Of a stretch of DNA of 64,000 nucleotides, positions 14,101 to 28,536 are shown piece after piece. Origin of the DNA: Selaginella moellendorffii. Its lineage: Eukaryota; Plantae; Lycopodiophyta. The stretch lies in contig NW_003314315.1 of assembly GCF_000143415.4 (NCBI RefSeq), positions 62,001 through 126,000 on the forward strand, written 5' to 3'. Positions within the stretch are counted from its first letter, which is position 1. Each line of letters begins with the position of its first letter. The position numbers were made by a program, and so were the translations under genes. The notes beneath the pieces are model-generated. The model was given only the letters and a program-made list of their open reading frames with translations, had not been told where the DNA came from and did not search any database.

Positions 14101-15339
14101 TCAATTTGCCCAAATCTAGTGCTAAGAATCACCATTACTCATAGATCTAGGCCAGATCTACAAGCCCAAATGCACTATCTTGAGAAATTGGGCCGAGGAT
14201 CCAAGCGAGAAAGTGAAAACCCCAAAATGTTCATTCAACCGAGCTAAGAAACGTTGTATCTCTTCAAATACTACACAGCTTGTTGAGTGCCACACCTTGT
14301 TGGAAAGAGGAGTTCTAGACTTATCCAACAAGCCTAAGATCCAATAAAACCACCTCAAGATGAACAAGAAATTGGTTCCCAAATTTTGCAACCAAAAGAA
14401 AAAGAGAGAAATAACACCTCAGAAAGTCACGCTAAGTTCATTTTTTGGGGGAATGAGGGGGCGCTTCCCCCAACACTCGCTCAAACACGAGAATTGCTTC
14501 AATGCTCTCTGCAAAATGCCTCCCCTTCCCCTTATAGGACAAAGGTTTTATAGTTGGAAGATAGGGAATATTTCAAGGACCAGAATATTCTCTCTCTCTT
14601 TCACTCTCTCGGTGGCCACGCCTTAACACTAGACGCAAAACAAGGACAGGCATGCAAGTGGGAGCTAAATTATGCCTCAAGTTAATCAGCCATGCCTGAC
14701 CTACCCACTATCCCTACTATACATTTGGAACCCCTATACCCCCCCCCACCCCCCCCCCCCTTTGAGGAACACATGCTTTGGGCTTTCACCTCAAGCCTCC
14801 CTTAGTATCAGGAGTTAATCTTTGGAACAAGCTTGAAATTTACTAAATATGAAATGTCCTTAGATTGCGAATTTGGACACGGGACGAACATCATTGTGTT
14901 TAGAACAATCTCTACATTGTGTAAATATGCCAAATGAGCAAATCTGGACACTTTCCATAAATAGCATTTGGGACCGAAATGAGACTAACACAAAGAGCAT
15001 GATAGTGAGGGTGTTTAGCAGACATAGTAAGCTATCATTTAGCAAATATTGAGGGACTAATCTCAATATTGTGGGGGTTCTTGATACTAGCAAGTGCAAG
15101 TCAATGACAGGAGTTTCTTAAACTAGGTCGAGTATGCTCAACAAGAAACACATATGGTTCCTACCTCATGTTTATCTGATTTAAGTGCATGATCATTGAT
15201 AAGTTTCTCAACTAGCTCAAGTGGGAATTAATAACAGGCCCAGCAATATTGACCTTCTACTGTCATAGCAATAAGGAAAGAATATCCAAAAAGACTAGTT
15301 GACAGGTAACTTTCGATACCCAAAGTCACATTTGCGACA

Positions 15340-17260
15340 AATAACAACACTGTAACACAAGACAAGGATCACTACCAACAGCAGCTCGAGTAGTGTGTGA
15401 TTAAGGATGTACTTTTGTCATCTTCTAGCAAAGGGAAGGCTCCAATGGGACAGGTCAATGCAATTAAGATTGCAAAGACAGCAGCCACACAAGCACAAAA
15501 GAAGAAAGCAGCCACTAGCGATCTAGCTCCTTCAACAACCACCGATCCAACACCGAAGGTGGCATGCAAGCTCCCATTCACGTCTCTCCTTCCTAGATGT
15601 CCTCTACCTTTCTCTAGTAGTTCCCAAGTCCCTGAGAGTGCACTTCAACAATTGATGGAGATGTTTGTCACCTTTTCACTGCATGAGCTTTTGTGCATGA
15701 TTCCACCTCTTCTCTTGATCTAGGTGCATTGTTTGCACATGTAAATTGTGGTAACAGTTCTCCTATCATCATTGCTCTTGTTGATTCCAGATCTGGGAAC
15801 AATGTGATCTCTTTGGATGCAGCCACAAGAGTAGGTCTTTAGGTCTTTGGAAGCACAACTCTAATCTTGAAGATGTTTGCAAACCACATTATCGTCCCCA
15901 CGGACATTTGCCACAATATTTGAGTTTAGATCAACAGGGTGGAATCTCTTCTAAACTTTATAGTGGTGGACTACCAAAGTTGTTCAACTCCACACCTTTG
16001 AAGGATTCCTTAATCCTTGGATGAGTTTAGCACAATTAAGTTCATGGCATCACTAATTGGTCACTCAGCATGATGGAGATTAGCAATAGTCACTGGACTT
16101 CTTGTTTCTACAATGCTCACAGACACTCTCTATTGGGAAAGCTTCAAGGACAACCTCCAGGCCTAATTGATACCCTATTTTCTTCATTGACACACTTTCC
16201 CCACTCATTGACTATTGTCTTCCCTGAGTTGCTTGAAGATCCATCACAGCCCAAGTTCAACATGTTCCAGTGCACACTATCATCACAGAGGCTTCCCCAA
16301 TCATCACAAAAAACACTCAATTTGATCAAAGTGATGGCCAGCTTCAAGAGTTGCTAGTCTTTTGAGTGGAGGCTCTTTCAATGACATCATTTCTTTTCAA
16401 GTGTGGGCCTTATATAGAGAATCTCCCCTTAGTTGCAACTTGGTCTTAAAGTCTTCAGCATGGTACTCCAGCAAAGGAGGTACATCCTATGGTGTTTGCC
16501 ACCTTTGAAAAGGGAACAACAATTATGAGTGAGAGCATATTTATTTGAGAATCGGGTGGTGAGTGACCATATGATCAGTCAGGCCTCTTTATTTGAGGAC
16601 CAAACTGCTCCTACTTTCACAGATTTCCAGCTTCATGCTTGTGACATGGAGATATTTGCCCTTGACAAATAGTGTAGGGCCTCATCTGAGCAACTTCTTT
16701 CTGCAAAGAACAAGATCAAGGCAACCATTGACTCCAAAGTTTCTAGTTTAGTCCTTTTTTCTCCTGGGCAGTTTGTTTTTCTCAAAGAGTTCACTCCCTC
16801 TTCCAAGTTCTCTTCATAGTGGCTCAGCCCCTACTTCATTCAACCCCAGGTGGAGGGTGGTTCCTATGTACTCACTGATGAAATTGGCTGTAAGCTTTCA
16901 CATGCTCACAATCATTGCCACCTTAAAGCATTCATGTGGTCATTTTGTTCCTTTTTCTTTGTTTTTGTTTTTGTTTTTTTTTTTCTTTCTCCTCTCTATT
17001 TTGTTTTCAAGCTTTACTACCTTGGGCTGTGAGTTCCAGCTTGGATTTCAGCCACAAGGTTGCATTAACTCCTTTCGTGTATGAGCTCTTATGGTTTCTT
17101 AGTGAGTTCTCAACTATTTTCAGGATTCATTATCACCTTCATCATTACAAAATCACAGTCCAAAATCATATACCATTCTCTCTAGACACCATTGCCCACT
17201 CTTTGTGACCAATACCCACACTAGGATCTTAGCAATTTCATCCCTTTCTATCCATAGTAC
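15340..17260 (+). mobile_element. Internally deleted relative of the Tat element, in inverted orientation
   Basis: SSSKGKAP and KKKA..KVACKLPFTSLL, plus protease ALVDSRSGNNVISL at about 15775-15820, mirror the minus-strand Tat copy. 16770-16920 matches the reverse complement of its integrase tail (6680-6830). No aRH, RT, RH or INT core lies between. Confidence 0.75.
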
Positions 17261-18870
17261 TCAATATGCATTTAACTAGAGCCAAAAAAATCTTTCAAAA
17301 ATAGTTAAATCCAAATCTGATATACCATTTACAAGTTACAATTGCGACTTTACATCTTTGCAAAATATCAGCACATTTGGAGCAATTTTTCTTTGAGCCA
17401 GCGTCATCCAGCATATAGAGAGTGCCCAAGCTACTTTCTTGAGCAAGCTAATAGCTGCCAACACTTATTCTCCAGCTTCAAACATCCGTGGATAAATGCC
17501 ACCATCAAATTAACAATGTTTTCAACACTTTGTGTTGTCTATAGTAGCTGCGACTTTCAGTTTTAGGTTGTCACTATCAACTTTTACCTCTTCACTATTA
17601 CAGCCACTCATCCCCACACTCTTGGCCTCACTCATCCCTTCACATTTTCACTATCTTCAATCACTTTTACATTTACCATGACTGGGTAACACATCCATCA
17701 CAACTATCCATTCCTGAAACTTCCTAAACATTTACTCAGTTGATGATGAAAGTATTTGGGTGTTATCTTCATGAGTTTGTGGAGATTTTCTTGGATGATA
17801 TTCTTGTTTTCAACAAGAATATAGAGGAGCATAAGATGCATTTGTGCAAAGTTTTTTTGTTACTTTGTGATAGCAAGTTTTATGCAAAGAAGAGCAAATG
17901 TGAATTTGCAAAGTCGGAGGTGGAATATCTAGGCCATATTGTGCCATCTAAAGGTGTCAAAAAAGATCCAAGGAAGGTGGTTGTGGTGGAAAATTGGCCT
18001 ACACCAACTTCAGTGGCTGAGTTACACAATTTTCTTGGTATAGCTAGTTACTACTAATGTTTCCAACATAAGTTTGTAGAGGTGGCTATTCCTTTGACAC
18101 AGTTGTTGCGCAAAAATGTGCCATTCGAGTGGAAGACACTATAAGAGAAGACTTTTGTGGCGCTGAAACGATTGTTGAGTGAGACTTTAATGCTTCGCAT
18201 TGTTGATCCATCAAAACCTTATGAGGTGATATGCGATGCGAGTGGTTATGCTTTGGGCGGAGTTCTCCTGCAAGAGGGACAGCCTATTGCATATGAGAGT
18301 CAAACTTTGAATTCCGTAGAGCAACATTATTCGAGCAAAAGTTACTCTTTATTATTCATGCTTTGCGGATGTGGCGACACTATCTTTATGGTGCAGCGTT
18401 CGTGGTGTTGATGGATCACAAACCACTTATGTATCATTTCATATAGAAGGAGTTGAACACTAGGCAAGCTTGTTGGATGGTCAAACTCATAGAGTTTAGG
18501 GAGTTTCCTATTGAGTATTGTCCGGGAAAATCAAATATGGTGGCAGATGCTTTATTTCGTGTTCGTCATGTTATGGCATTACAAACACGGTTTTGTCATC
18601 GTTTGAGTAAAGTGGTCAGTGAGTTTGGGCAGTTGGTTGAGCGTGCTTAAGCTTAAGATGCTAAGGTGGCCTCTTTGTGAGACTAGATGGAAGCCCCTTT
18701 CTCATTGGTGGATGGGATTCTCTACTACAATAGCCATGTATATTTGCGATGGGTGAATGCATTAATTACTCAAGTTTTATTCCACTATCATGATCATCCA
18801 AAGGCCGGTCATTTTGGGGGGAAGAAGATATATGAGTTATATTTATATTTAATATTTAGCAATTTATATT

Positions 18871-20268
18871 TGTAATGCACATGGTTTTTACCCTTTATCC
18901 TATGGTGATTTACTATGGGATAACACCACGAAGTGAAACCTAAACCCTCTTTGTGCCACGTGACATATGCCATGTATCACATGCCACATGTCCAAAGGAC
19001 AATGGTGCGGAACCCAAGTTTCAGGGCATTGGGCCACTAAATAAAGGAATGGTGCCAAACTCCCAAGCATTGAGCCAAGGAGTGATGGAACTGGACCATG
19101 GAGCAACTCCCAAGCATACAGCCCAAGGAGTGAAGGGACAGGAGCCTAGAATGACTTGGAATAGTTCTGGAGCAACCAGCATCCTAATGCCAGGACCAGT
19201 ACATAAAACGGAGTCAAACGGAGTTTGGCACTATCTTAGCATATCGATAACACAAGGATATGGGTACTCCACCAGCTAGCATGGAATGGAATTTGGGCTT
19301 AGACCCAAGCCGGACGCAGAACAAGAACAGGCACGCAAGTGGGAGCTAGACTATGCCTCAGGTTGGTCAGCCATGCTCGACCTACCCACTATCCTTACTA
19401 TACATTTGGAACCCCTCACAGCTCCCCCAACCCCCCCTCCCCTTGAGGAACACACGCTTTGGGCTTTCACCCTAAGCCTCCCTTAGTATTAGGAGTTAGT
19501 TTCTGGAACAAGCTTAAAACTTATTAAATATGGAATGTTCTTAAATTGTAAATTTGGACACCAAACCAACACCATTGTGTTTAGAATAATCTCTACATTG
19601 CGTAGATATGCCAAATGAGCAAATCTGGACACTTTCTATAGATAGCATTTGGGACCTGTTAGGAAACATTTTCATCGCTTCCATGGATGATTTTGGCCTA
19701 GACAGTTTAGGCTTGGTGAGCACGGTACGGCAAGGATTCCTCATAAAAGGAGGGAGAACATGGTATGGAAGGTAGGTTATATTTTTGGGTTCTATTTTCT
19801 CCTCTCTCCTCTTTCAATTTCTCTATTTTCCTCCTCTATATTTCTCTTCCATGGAATATATTAGTGATTCTTGCCAGGAGATTTGGGCAAATCTCAACAA
19901 GACCAAAATGAGACTAACACAAAGGGCATGATAGCGAGGGTGTTTGGCAAACACAGCAAACTATCATCTAGCGAATATTAAGGGACCAAGCTCAATATCA
20001 CGAGGTTCTTGACACTAGCAAGTGCAAGCCAATGACACAAGTTTCTCAAACCAGGCTGAGTATGCTCAGTAAGAAACACATAAGAGTTCCTACCTTATGT
20101 TTATCTAATTTAAATGCATGTTCATTGACTAGTTTCTCAACTAGCTCAAATGGGAATTAATAACGGGTCTAGCAATATCAAACTTCTGTTATCGTGGCAG
20201 TAAGGAAAGAGTGTCCATAAGGATTGGCTGACAGGTAAGTTTCGATACCTAAAATCACATTTGCGACA
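18871..20268. mobile_element. Solo LTR of family A
   Basis: TG...CA ends, perfect TSD ATATT (18866-18870 and 20269-20273), and alignment to 4896-5303 plus 14629-15339. Confidence 0.92.
19657..19899. mobile_element. 243-bp solo LTR of another family, nested in the family A solo LTR
   Basis: This block is absent from the other family A LTR copies. It has TGTT...AACA termini and a near-perfect TSD GGACC/AGACC. Confidence 0.85.
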
Positions 20269-20678
20269 ATATTGGAGGAATATAAAGGTTAATATCCTCA
20301 AGTATTGTAAATATTGTGAGCTCTATCAGCGGGTTAAGGTGCCACAGAAAAAGACTTTTGCAACCTTTACCTATTCCTTAAAGCCGTTGGTATAGTATCT
20401 TTATGGACTTCATCATTTATTTGCCATGAACACAGAGGCAAAAGGAGCAAATATGGGTCATGGTGGATCGATTGACAAAGTATATATGGTTGTTGGCTCT
20501 TCAGAAGACTATCATTACCCCAAACTTGGCTATAGTTTACTTGGAGAAGGTTTTCCTTGATTTTGGTTTTGGTTTGCCAGAGGATATCATTAGTGATCGC
20601 AATTCAAAGTTCACAAGTGGATTTTGCAAAAGTTTTGTGAAGGCTATACACATGACTTTGAAACTCTAGAGTGGCAAT

Positions 20679-21274
20679 CCCCCCCCCCCCCCGCTCCCCC
20701 CGCTTTGAGGAACACATGCTTTAGGCTTGACCATTCCTTAGTACTGAGAGTTAATCTCTTGGACTAACTCGAAACTTAGTAAATATGGAATTGTGCTAGA
20801 TTGAGAATTTGGACACAAGACAAACACTATTGTATTCAAGACAATCTCTACATTTCGTAAATATGCCAAATTAACATATCTAGACACTTTCCATAAATAA
20901 TAATTGGGACTGAACAGAACTAACAAAAGGTGTATTATAGCGAGGGTGTTTGGCAGACATGGTAAATTATCATTTAGTGATATTGAAGGACTAGTATTAA
21001 TACACGAAGGTTCTTATCACTAGCCAATGCAAGACATAACAAAACAAGAACTCCTTATTAGGCTAAGTATACTTAGCTAATAACACGTAGGAATTTCATT
21101 CTTATACTCGTTTAGTCTAAATACACTTGAAATGCTCAATTAACTCCACTAGTACAAGAGGGATTGATAAAGGGTCTAGTAATATCGACCTTTTGCCATT
21201 GTGGTAGTAAGGAAAGAATATTTGAAAGGACTAGCTAACAGGTACTTTTGATACTTACAATCACATTTGTGACA
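20679..21274. mobile_element. Truncated, more diverged family A LTR
   Basis: Poly-C tract, TTTGAGGAACAC and terminal TCACATTTGTGACA match the distal half of the other copies. Confidence 0.85.
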
Positions 21275-22149
21275 TGTTCACATTGCAACCACTTCTCTCT
21301 CCCAACACACAGTAGATCAATTTGGCAGTTTATTTTTACATAGTAAGTGACTTTGCGTGCAACACTTCAAAGTTAAAATAAAGAACCCAAAGTTCCATAT
21401 AGGGTCTCATAGATATGCTATTGATATCACCATCTCTTCCTTGGTTCATGAGTTCCCACCACTAATGCCTCCTATGCTAGATATAGTTCTAATTTCCAAC
21501 TTGGTTCTTTTACATGATTTTGCACTAGAAGCTATATTCTTGACATTCTGTAGCGTCACTGCAACTATTTCTTTAGTTGACTTGAATGAGCAAAGCACAA
21601 ATATTAAATGTGTTATTGATGACTTTGAATATGTCTTCAAGGTATGTGTGCACTTTCACTTTCACCTCCCATTAACAATTACAATGTGTAAATTCAAGTT
21701 TCAGCAAATATGTCTTTTATCTTTTGACAAAATCAAATCACAATGGTTTGGGTGACAAGGGCCAATCAAGATCTTTTACAAACTTGAAGGCACTAGTGAC
21801 CGAGATGTTTTCAAGATAGCACCTTGCACTATAGTATGTAATCTCTGCTAGGTCGGGTGCTATTTACAATTAAATCTAAAATCAATTGTATTGACGAGAG
21901 TTTGATAGGGTATGTATGTCCTTCAGATCATATTCTTTACTATAATTTTGCTATTAGGCTCTCGAGATATTTCTATCTTGGTGGGATGTTGTGCTTGTTA
22001 CAAATTCAAGATTTGCAAGCTCAATTCTCAACTTGGTCATTGCATTACCAAGCATTGCCCTACCATTTCACTTACTTTCACTTTACAAGCAAAATAAGAA
22101 CTTTAATATTTGAACAAATATTAAACACTACAATAGTGCTCTTGCTTTC

Positions 22150-24785
22150 ACATCTATGTCTTCTAATGTTAATATTGTAAAAGGTCATGGTCCTTATTGC
22201 TTTAAAATCCATGGTCAAATATATCATAATATTGTGTTAGCACATCCTTTTAAAGGTCAATATTGAACTTATGGACAACTTTACATGCTTGACACTTTAG
22301 AAGTTACAAATATAAGCAAACCCTTTCAATTCAAGCTATGAAGCAAACTTACTTAAACATCTCGATGCTCTCCTTTATCATGTTAACCCATATGCTCAAA
22401 CGTTCAAAATGATATATGAAATGGAACAAGAAGAAGTTTGTTCTGCTACACTTTCAAATTATCCTATATATGGTGTTTATATGTTATTAAAGAATGATCC
22501 ACAATGCTATAATGCACCTTAGATAAATGATGTTGTTGTTGTGTTTGTTAGTGATGATAGAGAGCTACCATATAGTTATGAAATCTATATGTAAGAAAAT
22601 TCTAAATGTATCTCAACACTTAATTATAATTGTGATCCAATGGTTTACCCATTAATATTTCCTTTTGGTGACAAAGGCTAGCATGAAAATAATTTTAATT
22701 CGCAATGTCAAATTACATTACTCCAATATTATGCATACCATTTATCTATAAAAGACACAATACAGCTTAGTTTTAATCAACTTTTACATGTAGGCAAACT
22801 TACATAACAATATATAGTTGATTGAAATAAATAATTTGAATTACTATTGCACTCATAAGAAACAGCTCTGAGTCGAAATGTATATTGGTCTTATGAATTA
22901 TATTGCAAACTGTGCTACTAATCAAAATATAAATCCAAAAAATATTATTATTTTACCTTCAAGTTTTGGGGGTTATAACAATGCAACAAAATTATCAAGA
23001 TATAATTTTTATAGTTACTCATTTTCAAAGCTAGATATTTTCTTTACTTTTACATGCAATCTTAAATGGCCATAAATTTATAAGAACTTACATCCAAATG
23101 AAGTCCTTGAGGATTATCCAGAATTGGTTTCTAGAGTATTTCAAATCAAGCTTAAAGAATTTTTGAATAATATTACTAAAAAACGTATTTTTGGAAACTG
23201 TATTGCTTTTATATATATAATTGAATTTCAAAAGAGAGGCCTTCCACATTTTCATTTTCTGGGGATTTTATCTCATGAAAAGAAGATTAAAGATTGTGAT
23301 ACTATTGATCATCACAATTGCTTGATCTTCAAGATGAATATAAACTTTTTAAAATAATTATATCTTATATGATATATGGTCTATGTGGGCGTCTTTACCA
23401 TAATAGTCTTTACTCTTGCTCAAAAGGTTATCCAAAAAAATTTAATCATAAAACTACTTTTAGTGTTGATAGATATCTAGATTATTATAAACATGATAAT
23501 AGACACACATTTGTAAGAAATGAGTGCCATATTGATAATTGTTGGGTAGTACCTTATAATAAATACCTTTGTAAAAAATATAATGCTCATATTAATATTG
23601 AAATTTATGCTACTATAAAAAGTATTAAATATTTATTTCAATATATACAAAAAAGGCTGTGATGGTGTTACAATTGAAATCCATTCATCAACTCAACAAC
23701 TTGATAATATTTTAAATTAGAATGAAATTTCAACTTTTCAAACATACATTATATATCTACTTCAGAGGTGATATAGAGACTTTTTAAATTTAAAATGCAT
23801 TTATCCATCTTCTAAATTTTCAAGACATCTATTTTATAGAAGATTCTAAATAAATGGCACTTTAAAGAGCTACTCAAAATGATACAATGTACAAAATGGT
23901 TTAAATTAAATATAAATGACCCAAATGCTAGACAATATACATATCTTAAAATCCCTTTATATTATACATTTAAAAATCATACTTATAATTAGAATATTTG
24001 ATATTCAACAAATTTCATTCCCCGAATGTATTCTGTGTTGCCATCCAATATTGAACTATATCATTTATGTCTTATTTTACTCCATAAAAAAAGTGTTATG
24101 TTTTTTAATAATCTCAAGACAGTTAACAATATTTATTATGACACATTTCAACAAGTAGCAGATGCAATGAGGCTTTTAGCTAATGATACTGAATGGGAAA
24201 AATATTTAGAAGATGCTTACTTTTTTAGAATGCCATCACAATTAATATAATTATTTATATTACTTTGTGTCTTTTGCACTTCAAAAGACCTTTACTTTTT
24301 AAGGGATAAATTTAAGACTTCCTCTCTGAGGATTTCATACAAAAAACTCCAGTTATTCATTATCAATATGCTTTACATGATATAATAATAAAATGAAACT
24401 GCATAGCAAAACTAATCAAACTACCACCTACCTTTACCATCTGAAAATTTTGATAATGAAAATATTGTCAACTCAACACACATATATCAAAATCTTGAAC
24501 AAAATATTCCTTAATTTATTCAAGAATATTTAAATATTTTTAATGATACTCTTAATGTTATTGATCACTTAACTAAGTATAATTGATACATTTTCACTAT
24601 GTTAGGATAGACTGGATAGGAGTTGTAAGTACTTTACTCTATAATGGGGAAATTTTACACACTACTTTTAAACTTTTTGTTCTAATAAATGAAACAATCA
24701 ACTACTACTATAACTTCTAATAATGAAGTAGGTAAAAGAATTAAAGCTACTAACATACTATTATGGGATGAAATAAGTATAGTAG
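22150..24785 (+). mobile_element. Helitron Rep/helicase pseudogene
   Basis: Motifs occur in the expected order with many stops and frameshifts: GPYCFKIHGQIYH, DPMVYPLIFPFGDKG, ILPSSFGG, DIFFTFTCN.KWP, EFQKRGLPHFH (HUH), WVVPYN..L..KYNAHINIE, SIKYLFQY, and helicase LLWDEIS. Confidence 0.9.
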
Positions 24786-26179
24786 TGCTAATGTGCATAA
24801 TTGAACTACAATTTAGAGAGGGTCTAGGCCACAAAAGCTGCATTGCATTGCTGGTACACTCCCTCACCAGCCCTACCTGTGGTGCTACTCACACAGCACA
24901 GGTAAAGTAGCCATAGAACCCTAGAAGTGCATGATGCAACATCTGTCACCACGGCCTCTCCCCTTCCCAACCACATATGCATGCCACTTATTGGCTGCCA
25001 CAACATTGAGCCAACATTCCCAGAAACCATGGCTACTGACCCTAGTTGGAGCCTGGGGTGGCCTCCCCTTCTTGAGAACCATGGCTTCCAAAGCTGCCCT
25101 GGGCTTGGGATCAGATGCCTTCATTTATATATATATATATATAGATACTTGTACAGTAAACCCATGCATGGCATAGTCCAAGTGGCACCAGGCATATATG
25201 CATTTTAAATGGTGCATGACTATGAAACAATGGGTTATACATGAAGGTTATATATGTGGCATAGATGACCCATAGGTGATCCTATTCATCGTCATTAGGG
25301 TTCTTGAGGAGGAAAGGGTTTTTGGCTCAGCACCTTGTTCTTACCCATGTTGCTCAATTTTAATAGTGTGGCAGGTTGTTATGGCAGTGAAATTGATATG
25401 GATTTTTGGCAATGACTAGAGAAGTCCATAATGAGTAAGTCTTGCCTATAGCTCAAATTTATCAAATTGGACTCATATGCAAATGCTGTGAATAGATGTA
25501 GTGGCAAAAAATGAATAAATTGTGGGGTTGCTATTGGGCTACAACACTTCTTCAACTAGTGAGAGTGAAGATGGAGATAAATATGTTTTGGTGGCGAGTA
25601 GATGAATTTTGAATAGAAGGGTCTTCATTGTGGTACTTTTTGTAGGGCTTCAATAATTTGTTGAGATTGAGGGGATTGGCTAGTGTAGTGATATTTCGTG
25701 TATGGATGCACTTCAAGATTCTTGAGATAAAGACCATAGCTTATCTTGCAAACTATTTAGTAATTACGTGGCCAACATTATATAAATATATGCAGGTGGT
25801 GAATTTAAATTAGACGGGGGTGTAATATAGGATAATGATTGAGTAAATTCTTAACCACGTCCAAACTAATATTCCCATGAAGTATGTAGGGATAAATTGG
25901 GGAATTATCAACTCCCATATTTGTTGTCAAGCAACTAGTTACTATTTTAGTGGGTGTTAAATTCATAAGGCATTAACTCTACATGATCCAAGAAGGCTAC
26001 AAGGTAGGCATTTGTCACAAATACATTGATGGATTTACACTAATGAGACACCTATACATTATGCTATATGGATTTTAAATATTTTTCTTCCTTATCTTTT
26101 CCAACCACTATTTTTGTGTTTTTGTAATATATGGCAAACTTGTAATTTATAAGTTTTACATCCATGTCATGATTTGTGA

Positions 26180-27560
26180 GGCAACACATTTTATTGCGGC
26201 ATGTGAGCTATCTATGAGCAAAGAGGTCCATGCTATTTTCAACACATATACATGGGTTGTACATCACTTTAGGAGGCTGAAATGAACACAATAGTGTGGA
26301 GGTTGATATGATCCAATATTGGGGCATAGAGGCAAGAAGTTTCATACACAATATGGAACTAGATAGGCAATTTATATTTACTTAAAATTAACCTTTCTTA
26401 CATTTATTTTAAAAGTGCATCAAGTGTTTATGGTGAGAATTATACAAGTAAATATTGCGGTTTTATAAGCATCTATTTGAGTTTATGAAGGATATTGTTA
26501 TTTTTAATATAAATAATGCATGGTATAGGCAAAGCTTACAAAGTGTATTTTCATATCATGAAAAGCTGCATAGATTTTTTTATTGGCTAGAGATGCGATA
26601 TGATGTTATTTAGTTTGTGTGTAATTGTATTTAGTGCTAAACTCCTAATAGTCCCCCTTGTGTTGCAAAAGGACAGTTTAAGTCAATTATAATTTCCCAT
26701 TCATTTGATTTGATAGGGCCTTTTCCATAGTCAACTATTAACAATGAGTATGTCATTATTGTCTTTGATTACTTGACTTGCAAAGTGGACGTCAATGCTC
26801 TTACTAGTATATTTGTGATTATTATTAGATACTTCCTCCTCAATGAAATGGTGTTTTAGCATTTTTATCTAGAGAAGATTCTCTTGAATAATGGTCCTAC
26901 ATTTCTACTTGAGGCATTTCATATTTTAACATCTCAACTAAAAATACTTTCACGAGTGTTTATCATTCGCAGACAGATGGTTTGGTAGAATGGCTCATTT
27001 GAACCTTCAAGGGGATGACCACGAAGTACATAAATTGTTTACATTCGAATTAGAATAGTTATTTACCATCTTTTTGGTATGCATATGTCATATGGGTACA
27101 AAATTCATTGATGTTAGGTCTTAAGATGAATATTTAACAAGCATTCTTCCATTAGTTTAAGCAAAGTTTATTGAACAATTAGGCTATATACAAGTAGGAT
27201 AACAATGTTATTACAATTCCCATCATCATCTACCTGTAGAGTATAAAGTGGATGATCTAATGTTAGTTTGTTTTCTAAATCTTACAATACATGGTTTGTC
27301 TAAGGGTCTCTTTGCTTAATGGAAAGGACTTTATTGAGTGTTGTGCAAGTTGGATTGCAAATTTATAAGGTTCAGCATAATATTCAACAAATTGATCCTC
27401 TAAAAATTGTGTATGTGCAACAATTGAAGTGCTTTGTATAAAAGGATTAAAAACAACTACCACCACTTATAAATCCACCATTACCTCCTAATGTTCCTCC
27501 AAATCCTAGTATATCAACTAAAGAAATTTGATTACCTTCCATCTTTCCGAGAGGAAGGCA
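26180..27560 (+). mobile_element. Highly decayed gypsy RH/integrase remnant with a possible PPT
   Basis: FDLIGPFP, VIIVFDYLT, NNGPTF and YHSQTDGLVE-like motifs at about 26700-26990. Purine tract GAGAGGAAGG before TGATAT at about 27549-27561. Confidence 0.6.
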
Positions 27561-27725
27561 TGATATAAGATCCAATTGTATAGGTATTATGTTATATATT
27601 AATATTAGCATAATAGGATTTTGATAATTATGGTTTCAATCTAAATCATTTACTCTTGTATATAAGCTAAGGTTTTAGGGCTATTTGAATATATATAATT
27701 TTATATTCCATACACTCACACATAT

Positions 27726-27972
<247 letters not shown>

Positions 27973-28536
27973 CTGTTAAATGTGTGTGTGAGCCTTAAAA
28001 ATTTTATTTTATAGTATTTTAAACTAGAAGTCAAAATTTATTTTTGAAATTCGTGTCAATATTTATACTGGTTTAAAGAGTATACTCGAAATTCAAATGT
28101 AAGTGACATATTCTAGTATTAATTTATTATTTAAAAGTTTTTAATATTTAGAGGAAAAGTATATTTTATTTAATAATTAATAAAATTTTAAATATTCTTG
28201 TCAAAGAATATTTTCTTAAGAATGATAAGATTAATGTAGCTTATTCATCTAAAAATCTTAATCATATTATATCTTTCGAAATAGGTACAATAAGATAGTT
28301 TATTTTAAGGATATTAGGAATAGGAAGTTTTATATTTTTATTAATTTTATTAATTTTTAATGCTATAAATTTTTTTTAAATATTAAAATATAAAGTTATT
28401 TACTCATTCAGTTCCTAAGCATTTCTATATTAAACTATTATCAATATACAGTAAGTATAAATTATTATTACATTAATTTGATAAAGAGCTAAATAAAATT
28501 AAACTTCAATTTCTGGTAATCTAGTAGTAAAGTATA

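Larger units (their letters stand above)
5305..14628 (-). mobile_element. Degenerate Ty3/gypsy Tat-type retrotransposon (gag-PR-aRH-RT-RH-INT) nested in the family A LTR
   Basis: gag remnants with a decayed CCHC knuckle (12250-13044). Protease LVDSDSGSNII (11620-12093). Extra RNase H YFNG...NEAEY...GDA..VPREEN..AD (10530-10080). RT with CVDFQDLN and YMDD (9133-10137), RH (8656-9087), integrase ISDHG..YYPQCN (6918-8475) and a GPY/F-like tail (6700-6830). Short LTR at about 14443-14628; its first ~24 bp resemble 5305-5328. No TSD found. Confidence 0.85.
1..15339 (-). mobile_element. LTR retrotransposon family A, non-autonomous/LARD-like; 5' LTR split by a nested Tat element; 3' LTR runs off the window start
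   Basis: LTR end AGTCACATTTGTGACA at 1-16 matches the LTR ends at 15339, 20268 and 21274. PPT (reverse complement AGGGGGAGAG) at 17-26. tRNA-iMet PBS (TGGTATCAGAG) at 4883-4893. LTR halves at 4896-~5303 and ~14629-15339 align with the solo LTR at 18871-20268. The ORF track lists nothing in the 4.9-kb internal region. Confidence 0.85.
17740..20669 (+). mobile_element. Degenerate Ty3/gypsy (chromovirus-like) pol fragment, RT-RH-INT
   Basis: RT motifs FLDDILVF and KCEF..VEYLGH; RH motif CDASGYALGGVLLQEGQPIAYES; integrase HHCC (HPKAGHFG...YW..I..YCKYCELYQ) split by a solo LTR; ISDRNSKFTSGF. Many stops and frameshifts. Confidence 0.85.

Noticed and set aside
5304-14476. 13-bp inverted repeat suggesting a DIRS or TIR element
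   Set aside because: Explained by the hairpin at the start of the Tat LTR. The element encodes a DDE integrase, not a tyrosine recombinase.
18900-19744. ORFs of 66-108 aa inside the solo LTR, and 5093-5299
   Set aside because: They lie in LTR sequence and the frames are not preserved between copies.
28515-28530. CTAG|T as the Helitron 3' end
   Set aside because: There is no GC-rich hairpin upstream, so Helitron capture of the lectin gene remains unproven.
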